DNA of 45,953 nucleotides from an uncultured bacterium. Lineage in GTDB: Bacteria; Eisenbacteria; RBG-16-71-46; CAIMUX01; VGJL01. Shown one piece after another: positions 45,940 to 45,953 of the stretch. Made by a program: the position numbers and the translations under genes. The stretch covers positions 1 to 45,953 of the forward strand of contig CAZNRY010000005.1 in NCBI GenBank assembly GCA_964575675.1, written 5' to 3'. Each line of letters starts with the position of its first letter. Position 1 is the first letter of the stretch. A model generated the notes under the pieces. It saw nothing but the letters and a program-made list of their open reading frames with translations. It had not been told where the DNA came from and did not search any database.

Positions 45940-45953
45940 GCGATGAATCCCTG
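45940..45953 (+). pseudogene. comM: Start of another comM fragment (AMNP...), truncated by the window end
   Basis: GCGATGAATCCCTG is identical to the first 14 nt of the copies at 40498 and 44382. Confidence 0.7.

Larger units (their letters stand above)
38481..45953 (+). mobile_element. Tandem array of cargo units delimited by comM 3'-end copies (units 38481-40497, 40498-44381, 44382-45939, next from 45940)
   Basis: GCRATGAATCCCTG recurs at 38481, 40498, 44382 and 45940 with accessory genes between; no integrase in the window. Confidence 0.65.

Noticed and set aside
40409-45953. Repeats interpreted as a CRISPR array or a diversity-generating retroelement TR/VR pair
   Set aside because: Spacing is kilobases with whole genes between copies; differences are synonymous third-position changes, not adenine-specific; no cas or reverse transcriptase gene.

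Overview
High-GC bacterial chromosomal segment. Three secreted proteins end in FlgD-Ig/T9SS-CTD-like domains and one ends in a TWGxIK tail, a style typical of FCB-associated candidate phyla such as Ca. Eisenbacteria (inference). Layout: (1) 126-9373 housekeeping genes: DUF2203, M20 amidohydrolase, SixA, AhpC, isochorismatase-like, secreted beta-propeller, double-length ThyX and two DD-carboxypeptidases. (2) 9723-34314 a mixed-orientation surface-glycan locus: five GT4, GT2, deacetylase, flippase, priming transferase, a heparinase-II-like protein and an Fn3-repeat protein. It includes an unusual operon of adenylate-forming ligase + DegT aminotransferase fused to an acyl carrier domain + NeuD-type acyltransferase + LarA-family racemase. 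(3) A secreted esterase/FG-GAP fusion. (4) comM/yifB followed by the most notable feature: an integrase-free tandem array of 1.6-3.9 kb cargo units. Each unit starts at the same comM codon (GCR ATG AAT CCC TG, AMNPC, at 38481, 40498, 44382 and 45940). Over the 21 shared codons the copies differ only synonymously. Cargo is SUFU + Phd/VapC, DUF3015/DUF4105/lipoprotein, and an AAA-DUF4143 ATPase. This looks like an integron-like cassette-accretion system using the comM 3' end as its landing pad, and it runs off the window edge. No rRNA, tRNA, CRISPR array, integrase or transposase was recognised. All family calls come from motif recognition by eye, not database searches.
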